Assembly: GCF_023055435.1 (NCBI RefSeq)
Contig: NW_025964124.1
Span: forward strand, 3,286,001 to 3,350,000
DNA: 64,000 bases
Source of the DNA: Haliotis rufescens
Taxonomy: Eukaryota
Direction of reading: 5' to 3'
The translations under genes were made by a program, and so were the position numbers. Numbering within the stretch: the stretch's first letter is position 1; every line of letters starts with the position of its first letter. Below the pieces are notes generated by a model. That model was not told the DNA's origin. It worked only from the letters and a program-made list of their open reading frames with translations, and did no database searches. Of the stretch, positions 1 to 13,259 are shown piece by piece.

Positions 1-449
1 ATAGTGTTATACAATAAATAGTGGTATACAGGAAATAGTGGTATACAGTAAATAGTGGTATACAATAAATAGTGGTATACAGGAAATAGTGGTATACAGT
101 AAATAGTGGTATACAATAAATAGTGGTATACAGGAAATAGTGGTATACAGGAAATAGTGGTATACAGGAAATAGTGGTATACAGTAAATAGTGGTATACA
201 ATAAATAGTGTTATACAGTAAATAGTGTTATACAGTAACTAGTGGTATACAGTATATAGCGGTATACAGTAAATAGTGGTATACAGTAAATAGTGTTATA
301 CAGTAAATAATGTTATACAGTAACTAGTGGTATACAGTAAATAGTGTTATACAGTAAATAATGTTATACAGTAACTAGTGGTATACAGTAAATAGCGGTA
401 TACAGTAAATATTGGTATACAGTAAATAGTGGTATACTGTAAATAATGT
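1..449. repeat. 17-bp tandem array (ATAGTGGTATACAGTAA), runs off window start
   Basis: Direct 17-bp periodicity. Confidence 0.95.
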
Positions 450-2452
450 TAGACCCCAGATGCCTGTAGACCCCGGACGCCTGTAGACCCCAGACACCTG
501 TAGATCCTGGACGCCTGTAGACCCTGGACGCCTGTAGACACCAGACGCCTGTAGACCCCAGACACCTGTAGATCCTGGACGCCTGTAGACCCCAGACACC
601 TGTAGATCCTGGACGCCTGTAGACCCTGGACGCCTGTAGACACCAGACGCCTGTAGACCCCAGACACCTGTAGATCCTGGACGCCTGTAGACCCTGGACG
701 CCTGTAGACCCCAGACGCCTGTAGACCCCAGACACCTGTAGATCCTGGACGCCTGTAGACCCTGGACGCCTGTAGACACCAGACGCCTGTTGACCCCAGA
801 CACCTGTAGATCCTGGACGCCTGTAGACCCCAGACACCTGTAGATCCTGGACGCCTGTAGACCCTGGACGCCTGTAGTCCCCAGACGCCTGTAGACCCCA
901 GACACCTGTAGACCCCAGACGCCTGTAGACCCCAGACGCCTGTAGACCCCAGACACCTGTAGTCCCCAGACGCCTGTAGACCCCAGACACCTGTAGACCC
1001 CAGACGCCTGTAGACCCCAGACACCTGTAGACCCCAGGCACCTGTAGATCCTGGACACCTGTAGACCCTGGGCGCCTGTAGACCCCAGACGCCTGTAGAC
1101 CCCAGACACCTGTAGTCCCCAGACGCCTGTAGACCCTGGACGCCTGTAGTCTCTGGACGCCAGTAGTCCCCAGACACCTGTAGTCCCCAGACGCCTGTAG
1201 ACCCCAGACACCTGTAGACCCCAGACGCTTGTAGATCCTGGACGCCTGTAGACCCTGGACGCCTGTAGACCCTGGACGCCTGTAGACCCCAGACGCCTGT
1301 AGACACCAGACGCCTGTAGACCCCAGACACCTGTAGACACCAGACGCCTGTAGATCCCGGACGCCTGTAGATCCCGGACACCTGTAGACCCCAGACGCCT
1401 GTAGATTCCGGACGCCTGTAGACCCTGGACGCCTGTAGACCCCAGACACCTGTAGATCCCAGACGCCTGTAGACCCCAGACACCTGTAGATCCTGGACGC
1501 CTGAAGACCCTGGACGCCTGTAGACCCCAGACGCCTGTAGACCCCAGACGCCTGTAGACACCAGACGCCTGTAGACCCCAGACACCTGTAGACCCCAGAC
1601 GCCTGTAGACCCCGGACGCTTGTAGACCCCAGACGCCTGTAGACCCCAGACGCCTGTAGACACCAGACACCTGTAGACCCCAGACACCTGTAGATCCTGG
1701 ACACCTGTAGACACCAGACACCTGTAGATCCTGGACGCCTGTAGACCCCAGACACCTGTAGATCCCAGACGCCTGTAGACCCCAGACACCTGTAGATCCT
1801 GGACGCCTGAAGACCCTGGACGCCTGTAGACCCTGGACGCCTGTAGACCCCAGACGCCTGTAGACACCAGACGCCTGTAGACCCCAGACACCTGTAGACC
1901 CCAGACGCCTGTAGACCCCGGACGCTTGTAGACCCCAGACGCCTGTAGACCCCAGACACCTGTAGACCCCAGACACCTGTAGATCCTGGACGACTGTAGA
2001 CCCTGGACGCCTGTAGACCCTGGGCGCCTGTAGACCCCAGACGCCTGTAGACACCAGACACCTGTAGACCCCAGACACCTGTAGATCCTGGACGACTGTA
2101 GACCCTGGACGCCTGTAGACCCTGGGCGCCTGTAGACCCCAGACGCCTGTAGACACCAGACGCCTGTAGACCCCAGACACCTGTAGATCCTGGACGCTTG
2201 TAGACCCTGGACGCCTGTAGACCCTGGACGCCTGTAGACCCTGGGCGCCTGTAGACCCCAGACGCCTGTAGACCCCAGACGCCTGTAGACCCCAGACACC
2301 TGTAGACCCTGGACGCCTGTAGACCCCAGACACCTGTAGACCCCAGACACCTGTAGACCCTGGACGCCTGTAGACCCCAGACACCTGTAGACCCCAGACA
2401 CCTGTAGACCCCAGACACCTGTAGACCCCAGACACCTGTAGACCCTGGACGC
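450..2452. repeat. 17-bp tandem array (TAGACCCCAGACGCCTG and variants), ~118 copies
   Basis: Direct periodicity; source of the spurious 778-839 aa minus-strand ORFs. Confidence 0.95.
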
Positions 2453-2790
2453 CATCTGGGGTGTAGACCACATGGGGTGAAGGCGATAGGAGGTGTAGGC
2501 CATATGAGGTGTAGGCCATATGGGGTGTTGGCCATATAGGGTGTAGGCCATATGAGGTGTAGGCCATATGAGGTGTAGGCCATATGAGGTGTAGGCCATC
2601 TGGGGTGTAGGCCATATGCGGTGTAGGCGATATGAGGCGTAGGCCATATGAGGTGTAGGCCATATGAAGTGTAGGCCATCTGGGGTGTAGGCGATAGGTG
2701 TAGGCCATATGAGGTATAGGCCATATGAGGTGTAGGCCATATGAGGTGTAGGCCATCTGGGGTGTAGGCGATAGGTGTAGGCCATATGAG
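2453..2790. repeat. 16-bp tandem array (AGGTGTAGGCCATATG)
   Basis: Direct periodicity. Confidence 0.9.
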
Positions 2791-2933
2791 GGCAGTGTAG
2801 TGAGTGAGTATGGTTTTACGCCGCTTTTAGCAATATTCCAGCAAATTCTTGTTTTCATCCCCGCCACACCAAGCCCACTTTCCTGTGCTATCATGTCGAC
2901 AGACCAATCAGCTAACGTTTCACAAAATCAACA

Positions 2934-5836
2934 TCCACGACTGGTACGTATGAAAGTGATTTACCGCGGCCTGTCTTTGCTGACACGAATATGTCTTTTT
3001 CTTCCTTTAAACCCCCAACGATTGCCTGTTTTTGTGACTGTCGGATGAAATCGTTACCTGATCGACCAGGTCGTTGCCTATGGTAGTCGCCATCTTTGTG
3101 TAGCTACACAAGATAAAATCAATGAGCTGATTGGATGTCGCGCTTCCATTACAAGGGACACAACTCGTGATGTACGCGAGGTGGCGCCAGGGTCGAGCCA
3201 AGAAAAGTGGCCTCGATGTGGCAAGGGTAGAAACGAGGCTTGAAGTAGGTTTTGCACACGCTTGCCTCGGGAAGATGTACGTGAGCAACCCAAAGTTCTG
3301 TTTTTACCAGTGTGAGTGTCTGACATGTTGTTCGTATCATTTATACACCCTTACTGCACACGAAGCCAAAGCGGCAGGGGATTTTCACTTTTTCGCATTT
3401 TCTACACAAACAAAACGTGTATCACTCCCAGCACAGAACATTTATTTAGTTTGAACTTGTGTTTTTTAATTTTCTGCAATTTAATTTTTAATGTGGTAAA
3501 GCTTCTTTTGGGCGTCAGTGTATTTTCTCATAAGGAAGAAACGTGATAGAAATGACTTGAAAAACTACATCTTTATTTCTAAAAGGATTTTTTTTAATTT
3601 GTGAATATCATTTCCCATACACGTTTATGTTTGCCACATCAGCATATGAACGGGCCCACCAAGAAGGAGATCCTCTTGCAAATATATATTTGTTTAAAAC
3701 AGATATAGAATCGTGTCTCGAAACAGAAAATACTTTGGCTGATGGAAGATTGATTTTCACTTAAGGTGGGTTATTTATTCACACATGCTTTGTAATAAAA
3801 CGTCACATGAATTATGTCACAGTGTAATTTAGACACGGATTTCCTAATAAAAAGATATTAGTCACCACTGCCCACGTGCAGTGCTTCTAGTGTCTGTCTT
3901 TTGTCCATGAACACGTGACTTTACTACAGACAACTACACAATTATTAGCGTGATGGATTGCGATATTTAATGTTATTACAAAGACTGTGTGAATGAATGA
4001 ACTCAGTGCTTCCTACTCAAGTTACGACACATCCTGTTACCACACATGTACAATGAGTGAGTGAGTGAGTGAGTGAGTGAGTGAGTTTTAACGCCGCTTT
4101 CAACAGTATTCCAGTCATATCACGGCTTGTCAGCTTAATGTGGGAGGAAAGCCCGAAATGATGCAGGTCTCAGCCGTTTACCACTTCGGTGACCCCCACG
4201 AGCACGGGTGTGGTGCTGACAAACCTAAAGTACTCACGGAAATCGATTTCAGATTTTAAATAAATGCAGTTAATATACAAAATATATAAATATTCAAACA
4301 ACTCAATAAGTATTAGGCCTTGGCACAAGTACAGCGTATCAAAGGTTTTTATGTCTTTTTACACGTAAAAGTGTGTAAAAATATTTCCACGACTGGTACG
4401 TATGAAAGTGATTTACCGCGGCCTGTCTTTGCTGACACGAATATGTCTTTTTCTTCCTTTAAACCCCCAACGATTGCCTGTTTTTGTGACTGTCGGATGA
4501 AATCGTTACCTGATCGACCAGGTCGTTGCCTATGGTAGTCGCCATCTTTGTGTAGCTACACAAGATAAAATCAATGAGCTGATTGGATGTCGCGCTTCCA
4601 TTACAAGGGACACAACTCGTGATGTACGCGAGGTGGCGCCAGGGTCGAGCCAAGAAAAGTGGCCTCGATGTGGCAAGGGTAGAAACGAGGCTTGAAGTAG
4701 GTTTTGCACACGCTTGCCTCGGGAAGATGTACGTGAGCAACCCAAAGTTCTGTTTTTACCAGTGTGAGTGTCTGACATGTTGTTCGTATCATTTATACAC
4801 CCTTACTGCACACGAAGCCAAAGCGGCAGGGGATTTTCACTTTTTCGCATTTTCTACACAAACAAAACGTGTATCACTCCCAGCACAGAACATTTATTTA
4901 GTTTGAACTTGTGTTTTTTAATTTTCTGCAATTTAATTTTTAATGTGGTAAAGCTTCTTTTGGGCGTCAGTGTATTTTCTCATAAGGAAGAAACGTGATA
5001 GAAATGACTTGAAAAACTACATCTTTATTTCTAAAAGGATTTTTTTTAATTTGTGAATATCATTTCCCATACACGTTTATGTTTGCCACATCAGCATATG
5101 AACGGGCCCACCAAGAAGGAGATCCTCTTGCAAATATATATTTGTTTAAAACAGATATAGAATCGTGTCTCGAAACAGAAAATACTTTGGCTGATGGAAG
5201 ATTGATTTTCACTTAAGGTGGGTTATTTATTCACACATGCTTTGTAATAAAACGTCACATGAATTATGTCACAGTGTAATTTAGACACGGATTTCCTAAT
5301 AAAAAGATATTAGTCACCACTGCCCACGTGCAGTGCTTCTAGTGTCTGTCTTTTGTCCATGAACACGTGACTTTACTACAGACAACTACACAATTATTAG
5401 CGTGATGGATTGCGATATTTAATGTTATTACAAAGACTGTGTGAATGAATGAACTCAGTGCTTCCTACTCAAGTTACGACACATCCTGTTACCACACATG
5501 TACAATGAGTGAGTGAGTGAGTGAGTGAGTGAGTGAGTTTTAACGCCGCTTTCAACAGTATTCCAGTCATATCACGGCTTGTCAGCTTAATGTGGGAGGA
5601 AAGCCCGAAATGATGCAGGTCTCAGCCGTTTACCACTTCGGTGACCCCCACGAGCACGGGTGTGGTGCTGACAAACCTAAAGTACTCACGGAAATCGATT
5701 TCAGATTTTAAATAAATGCAGTTAATATACAAAATATATAAATATTCAAACAACTCAATAAGTATTAGGCCTTGGCACAAGTACAGCGTATCAAAGGTTT
5801 TTATGTCTTTTTACACGTAAAAGTGTGTAAAAATAT
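2934..5836. repeat. 1.45-kb tandem segmental duplication (2934-4384 = 4386-5836, offset 1452)
   Basis: Identical ORF translations at offset 1452; copies look identical by eye. Confidence 0.95.
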
Positions 5837-6514
5837 GAACGAAACAGACTACATGTATTGTGAAACTGAGCATAACCAGGTGTTAGTAGATCAAGGTGAA
5901 TGTCCATGACCTATGACACACTAACGACAGTTGAAAACAGGTGCTTGAAACCCACGTGCATGTGATTTGTCAGTGGCTAGTGATTTGTGAGTGGCATTGT
6001 GGGATAGTGAATCATCCTTAAAATGTCAGAACGTAAAAGTAACATATTCCCTTCTCAAACAACAACTTACACGTCATTATTATTGTGTACATAAACATAG
6101 CTGTTATTTTTATTGTTGTTTTGATAACTTTTTTCCAGGCTAATTTGCATAATGCCTACAGCCTGTTTCTGCCATGTCAATTTGAACTTAGTTTTATTTT
6201 TGAATGTTGAAAGTGTCTACAAATTACAACCTGTAAAGTACATTTTGTATTGAGCACTGAGATAAAACTAGCAAATCCAGACTAGTACTTTTCCAGTTGT
6301 TTTGTTTTTTCGTATTTACATCTACGTAATGCTTTGTGTCGATTATTAAATCCAGCAAAACAGTTGGTTTTTTTCATTTCCATGAGTACTTTAGAAACAT
6401 AATCGGGGCGAACTGGGATTCGAACCAGCAATCATAGGTTTCTGGTATGTCCAAGGGACGCAACTCTGCACAGCGAATCGCGGCGCCTCAGACGACTTGG
6501 CCACCCGTGCCCCC
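5506..6514 (-). mobile_element. SINE family B copy split by a MITE insertion (3' part also duplicated at 4054-4227)
   Basis: (TGAG)n tail and body match the intact copies at 42646 and 35635; sequence resumes at 6392 (tagaaacataatcggggcg) exactly where it broke at 5679. Confidence 0.85.
5680..6391. mobile_element. MITE with 16-bp TIRs and TA target duplication (Tc1/mariner-type non-autonomous)
   Basis: AAGTACTCACGGAAAT ... ATTTCCATGAGTACTT, flanked by TA on both sides, interrupting a SINE. Confidence 0.85.
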
Positions 6515-6544
6515 TCATCTGGACAGATAAATACGAAATTGTCT

Positions 6545-9500
6545 ATATATCCCTAAAATAAAGTACGCTGCTCCCCTCGGGTTGGATAAGTTGGTGATTT
6601 TACGCTGCCAAATGAAGGAAATATAACGAATGAGCTTCATGCCAAACGGCAAACACGAGAGCATAATTTTCACTGAGAATAATTGCATGTATTTTGGGGT
6701 TGACCCACAAAAATCACGAAAACAAATTCGTTGTCGTAAACACAACTTTCAGTGGAACGTATGTGATCACGTGATGCGGTCACAAGCTGGTACCGTCATC
6801 CCAGTAGGTTTCGCAATGGTTGCCAAGGGCAGATTGTCCCACTCTTCGGTAAGAGCATTGCCGACTTCCTGTAGAGTTGCCAGGGGGAACAGGACGGAGG
6901 TCGGGTGACTGGACTGGTCACTCCATGCGGACACTGGCCACCTGTTCTTGTGAACATGACTGACACAGGCACGATGAGGTGGGTCGTGCGTTATCACTCC
7001 ATGCGGACAATGGCCACCTGTTCTTGTGAACATGACTGACACTGGCACGATGAGGTGGGTCGTGCGTTATCGCCCATGAGGATGAAGACCACCTGTTCTT
7101 GTGAACATGACTGACACTGGCACGATGAGGTTGGTCGTGCGTTATCACTCCATGCGGACAATGGCCACCTGTTCTTGTGAACATGACTGACACAGGCACG
7201 ATGAGGTGGGTCGTGCGTTATCACTCCATGCGGACAGTAGCCACCTGTTCTAGTGAACATGACTGACACTGGCACGATGAGGTGGGTCGTGCGTTATCAC
7301 TCCATGAGGATGAAGACCACCTGTTCTTGTGAACATGACTGACACTGGCACGATGAGGTGGGTCGTGCGTTATCACTCCATGCGGACACTGGCCACCTGT
7401 TCTTGTGAACATGACTGACACTGGCACGATGAGGTGGGTCGTGCGTTATCACTCCATGCGGACAATGGCCACCTGTTCTTGTGAACATGACTGACACTGG
7501 CACGATGAGGTGGGTCGTGCGTTATCACTCCATGCGGACAATCGCCACCTGCTCTTGTGAACATGACTGACACTGGCACGATGAGGTGGGTCGTGCGTTA
7601 TCACTCCATGCGGACACTGGCCACCTGTTCTAGTGAACATGACTGACACTGGCACGATGAGGTGGGTCGTGCGTTATCACTCTATGCGGACAATCGCCAC
7701 CTGTTCTTGTGAACATGACTGACACTGGCACGATGAGGTGGGTCGTGCGTTATCACTCCATGAGGATGAAGACCACCTGTTCTTGTGAACATGACTGACA
7801 CTGGCACAATGAGGTGGGTCGTGCGTTTTCACTCCATGAGGATGAAGACCACCTGTTCTTGTGAACATGACTGACACTGGCACGATGAGGTGGGTCGTGC
7901 GTTATCACTCCATGAGGATGAAGACCACCTGTTCTTGTGAACATGACTGACACTGGCACGATGAGGTGGGTCGTGCGTTATCACTCCATGAGGATGAAGA
8001 CCACCTGTTCTTGTGAACATGACTGACACTGGCACGATGAGGTGGGTCGTGCGTTATCACTCCATGCGGACAATCGCCACCTGTTCTTGTGAACATGACT
8101 GACACTGGCACGATGAGGTGGGTCGTGCGTTATCACTCTATGCGGACACTGGCCACCTGTTCTTGTGAACATGACTGACACTGGCACGATGAGGTGGGTC
8201 GTGCGTTATCACTCCATGAGGATGAAGACCACCTGTTCTTGTGAACATGACTGACACTGGCACGATGAGGTGGGTCGTGCGTTATCACTCCATGAGGATG
8301 AAGACCACCTGTTCTTGTGAACATGACTGACACTGGCACGATGAGGTGGGTCGTGCGTTATCACTCCATGCGGACAATCGCCACCTGTTCTTGTGAACAT
8401 GACTGACACTGGCACGATGAGGTGGGTCGTGCGTTATCACTCTATGCGGACACTGGCCACCTGTTCTTGTGAACATGACTGACACTGGCACGATGAGGTG
8501 GGTCGTGCGTTATCACTCTATGCGGACACTGGCCACCTGTTCTTGTGAACATGACTGACACTGGCACGATGAGGTGGGTCGTGCGTTATCACTCTATGCG
8601 GACACTGGCCACCTGTTCTTGTGAACATGACTGACACTGGCACGATGAGGTGGGTCGTGCGTTATCACTCCATGCGGACACTGGCCACCTGTTCTTGTGA
8701 ACATGACTGACACTGGCACGATGAGGTGGGTCGTGCGTTATCGCCCATGAGGATGAAGACCACCTGTTCTTGTGAACATGACTGACACTGGCACGATGAG
8801 GTGGGTCGTGCGTTATCGCCCATGAGGATGAAGACCACCTGTTCTTGTGAACATGACTGACACTGGCACGATGAGGTGGGTCGTGCGTTATCGCCCATGA
8901 GGATGAAGACCACCTGTTCTTGTGAACATGACTGACACTGGCACGATGAGGTGGGTCGTGCGTTATCGCCCATGAGGATGAAGACCACCTGTTCTTGTGA
9001 ACATGACTGACACTGGCACGATGAGGTGGGTCGTGCGTTATCGCCCATGAGGATGAAGACCACCTGTTCTTGTGAACATGACTGACACTGGCACGATGAG
9101 GTGGGTCGTGCGTTATCACTCCATGCGGACAATGGCCACCTGTTCTTGTGAACATGACTGACACTGGCACGATGAGGTGGGTCGTGCGTTATCGCCCATG
9201 AGGATGAAGACCACCTGTTCTTGTGAACATGACTGACACTGGCACGATGAGGTGGGTCGTGCGTTATCACTCCATGAGGATGAAGACCACCTGTTCTTGT
9301 GAACATGACTGACACTGGCACGATGAGGTGGGTCGTGCGTTATCACTCCATGCGGACAATCGCCACCTGTTCTTGTGAACATGACTGACACTGGCACGAT
9401 GAGGTGGGTCGTGCGTTATCACTCCATGCGGACACTGGCCACCTGTTCTTGTGAACATGACTGACACTGGCACGATGAGGTGGGTCGTGCGTTATCACTC

Positions 9501-10680
9501 CATGCGGACACTGGCCACCTGTTCTTGTGAACATGACTGACACTGGCACGATGAGGTGGGTCGTGCGTTATCGCCCATGAGGATGAAGACCACCTGTTCT
9601 TGTGAACATGACTGATTCTGGCACGATGAGGTGGGTCGTGCGTTATCGCCCATGAGGATGAAGACCACCTGTTCTTGTGAACATGACTGACACTGGCACG
9701 ATGAGGTGGGTCGTGCGTTATCGCCCATGAGGATGAAGACCACCTGTTCTTGTGAACATGACTGACACTGGCACGATGAGGTGGGTCGTGCGTTATCACT
9801 CCATGCGGACAGTAGCCACCTGTTCTTGTGAACATGACTGACACTGGCACGATGAGGTGGGTCGTGCGTTATCACTCCATGCGGACACTGGCCACCTGTT
9901 CTTGTGAACATGACTGACACTGGCACGATGAGGTGGGTCGTGCGTTATCGCCCATGAGGATGAAGACCACCTGTTCTTGTGAACATGACTGATTCTGGCA
10001 CGATGAGGTGGGTCGTGCGTTATCGCCCATGAGGATGAAGACCACCTGTTCTTGTGAACATGACTGACACTGGCACGATGAGGTGGGTCGTGCGTTATCG
10101 CCCATGAGGATGAAGACCACCTGTTCTTGTGAACATGACTGACACTGGCACGATGAGGTGGGTCGTGCGTTATCGCCCATGAGGATGAAGACCACCTGTT
10201 CTTGTGAACATGACTGACACTGGCACGATGAGGTGGGTCGTGCGTTATCGCCCATGAGGATGAAGACCACCTGTTCTTGTGAACATGACTGACACTGGCA
10301 CGATGAGGTGGGTCGTGCGTTATCACTCCATGCGGACAATGGCCACCTGTTCTTGTGAACATGACTGACACTGGCACGATGAGGTGGGTCGTGCGTTATC
10401 GCCCATGAGGATGAAGACCACCTGTTCTTGTGAACATGACTGACACTGGCACGATGAGGTGGGTCGTGCGTTATCACTCCATGCGGACACTGGCCACCTG
10501 TTCTTGTGAACATGACTGACACTGGCACGATGAGGTGGGTCGTGCGTTATCACTCCATGAGGATGAAGACCACCTGTTCTTGTGAACATGACTGACACTG
10601 GCACGATGAGGTGGGTCGTGCGTTATCACCCATGAGGATGAAGACCAGTGGCGCCAGCAACCGTCTCACCTTCTGTCATA
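6545..10680 (-). pseudogene. Decayed Tc1/mariner transposase C-terminal half, expanded internally by a tandem array
   Basis: Minus-strand peptides FILMxDNARP/HRA, ME*PVQSPDL and PLATLQEVGNALTEEWDNLPLATIAK match the Tc1 DDE motifs (DNARPH, WPxxSPDLNPIE, EEW); stops and frameshifts present. Confidence 0.85.
6916..10647. repeat. 75/76-bp tandem array, ~49 copies, derived from Tc1 transposase coding sequence
   Basis: Direct periodicity; unit translates to DNARP...QEQV..RME. Confidence 0.95.
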
Positions 10681-10806
10681 TGGCAGTGGAATTTATTGTT
10701 AAACAATGATTGTAACTGTATAACATTGTTTCTGTTTATTGTTAAACAGTGATTGTAACTATAAAACTGTATACTATTTCGATGCTCGAACTATCCGTGA
10801 ACTTAA

Positions 10807-11348
10807 CAATCTCATTAAAATCAGACCTTAGTTCTCGCTACCGAGAAAGATCTGAAGTCATCCCGTTAGGGGTCACGTCAGAATGACCTTTCATCCGACC
10901 AATCAGTGCGTCGCTTACCAGATTATGAAAGTGACAGTTGGAATGTGATTTCTAATGAAGCAATCTCGAAAACTTTAACATGGGGTATTCCGAAAGATAG
11001 ATACGGTTTTAACGACTGAATCCTTACAATCTAGACCATCTATTAGCCATACCAGAATGTTTTTTTGTTCAGGTTTCAAATTTATAATCAAGAATTTGTC
11101 AAAATATGTTTCGAAGCTAGTCGCCAATTTGAAATTTGTGCCGTACAGTGAGTGAGTGAGTAAAAGCTTAACGTCACATCGGCAATATTTCAGCCATATC
11201 GTGACGATGTGCCGTAAAGCACGAGAAAGCTGCCTTCTGATTTGTCATTTCATTGGTCGGTCAAAGTTCGCGCAAGGTCGGTCTGGCGTGACCCGTCAGA
11301 TCTTTGTTTAGCGGTAGTGAGAACTAAGATCTGATTTTAATGAGATTG
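10807..11348. mobile_element. MITE with ~35-bp TIRs and 9-bp TSD (Mutator-like), carrying a nested SINE tail fragment at ~11148-11207
   Basis: CAATCTCATTAAAATCAGACCTTAGTTCTC ... GAGAACTAAGATCTGATTTTAATGAGATTG; TSD TGAACTTAA; nested fragment flanked by TGTGCCGTA repeats. Confidence 0.85.
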
Positions 11349-12036
11349 TGAACTTAATATTTTCCACACAAGTTTAAATGGATGTGCGTGCGTGCGTGCG
11401 TGCGTGCGTCCAATCATTTCATATCGGGATATTACAATCTTTATTTGCTGCATGATTTTGTTTTATATCATCAAAACTTTCTCCTCGGCAAACTTTGGGC
11501 AGTTAATAAAGTTCTGTATAAAAATTAATAAATTTCCGAAATATACTGCTTTGTTATTGATTGTTCAATCATTTGTATGTTGTTTTTACGAAATACTTTA
11601 CAGGTATTGTTCATATCTCTCTGCTAGAGTCTGACATGCAAACAAATCAGCTCTACAAAACTGGATGATTTTAGCATAAGACAGGGAGCTGACATTTTCA
11701 GAGAAACAGAGTCGTCATTTTGATTGTGCAAGATGGATAAACTGAATTTTGGGCCCGGTCAAAGTTATCATTATCCAATAGTTCAAGTCATGGATTTGAT
11801 CGAAAACGTCGCCCAGGTGTGGTAATCGTGCATGTCAATAGCTCTTCAAACGTCCTACTGCTCATTTGAGGCAATGTATAAAGTAAATACAGACACCGAT
11901 GAGAAACTTCATACATTTGCCCAACAGATAAATATTAAGCAAACAGACAAATACCTGGTAATTCGCTGATCAGACTCGTGGACTGTTCCACTGTTCCCCT
12001 GAGAACAGGTTCACGACTGAAGATGCCAGAGGTCTG

Positions 12037-12690
12037 CACTGAGAAAGTGAGATGGACTCTCCCTTGCGTTTACACTGAGAAAGTGAGATGGACTCTCCCT
12101 TGCATTTACACTGGAAAAGCGAGATGGACTCTCCCTTGCGTTTACACTGAGAAAGTGAGATGGACTCTCCCTTGCGTTTACACTGAGAAAGTGAGATGGA
12201 CTCTCCCTTGGGATTACACTGAGAAAGTGAGATGGACTCTCCCTTGTGTTTACACTGAGAAAGCGAGATGGACTCTCCCTTGCATTTACACTGAGAAAGC
12301 GAGATGGACTCTCCCTTGCGTTTACAGAGAAAGTGAGATGGACTCTCCCTTGCGTTTACACTGAGAAAGTGAGATGGACTCTCCCTTGCGTTTACACTGA
12401 GAAAGCGAGATGGACTCTCCCTTGCATTTACACTGAGAAAGCGAGATGGACTCTCCCTTGCGTTTACAGAGAAAGTGAGATGGACTCTCCCTTGCGTTTA
12501 CGCTGAGAAAGTGAGATGGACTCTCCCTTGCGTTTACTGAAAAAGTGAGATGGACTCTCCCTTGTGTTTACACTGAGAAAGTGAGATGGACTCTCCCTTG
12601 CGTTTACACTGAGAAAGCGAGATGGACTCTCCCTTGCGTTTACACTGAGAAAGCGAGATGGACTCTCCCTTGCGATTACACTGAGAAAGC
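12037..12690. repeat. 36-bp tandem array, ~18 copies; last unit continues after a SINE at 12846-12880
   Basis: Unit CACTGAGAAAGTGAGATGGACTCTCCCTTGCGTTTA. Confidence 0.95.
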
Positions 12691-12845
12691 GTGAGTGAGA
12701 GAGTATTGTTTTACGCCACTTTCAGCAATATCACGGCGGGGGACAACAAAAATAGGCTTCACACATTGTACCCATGCCGGAAATCGAACCTGGGTCTTCG
12801 GCGTGACGAGCGAACGCTTTAACCACTAGGCTACCCAACCGCCCC
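12691..12845 (-). mobile_element. tRNA-derived SINE family A
   Basis: Reverse complement of the copy at 51351; A/B boxes and (TCAC)n tail. Confidence 0.9.
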
Positions 12846-13259
12846 CACTGAGAAAGTGAGATGGACTCTTCCTTGTGTTTCCACTTAAAAACAGGACTAC
12901 AGTTATGGTGCTGACAAACCTAGGTACACAATCGCGGAACCAAGATTCGAACCCACATTCAAGGGATGCAACTCTGCACAGAGAGTTGTGGCACCTTAGA
13001 CACTGGTCCCCCTACCACCTAAGAATCTGAAGTAGTGGAAATCTTGGAATCAAACCTATTGTCAGAGAATCGTGGCTGGCTAAAAGGAAGCAATCTGCAT
13101 GAACATTAACCATCTACATTTCCTGTGAATATTCGGCAGAATGTCTGGATTCAGTACCAGGTTTGGAGAAAGCACTGAACACTGACCTCATAAAAATATT
13201 TATTCACAATCGTCACAATCGTATTTGCAAAGGTAACAATGTAAAGATGTCACTGTAGG

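Noticed and set aside
364-2894. 778-839 aa minus-strand ORFs
   Set aside because: Open in all three frames because the 16/17-bp units lack stops; no domain similarity
6916-10647. CRISPR-like constant repeat with a variable segment
   Set aside because: Variable parts are a few recurring variants of the flanks, not unique spacers; no cas genes; eukaryotic context
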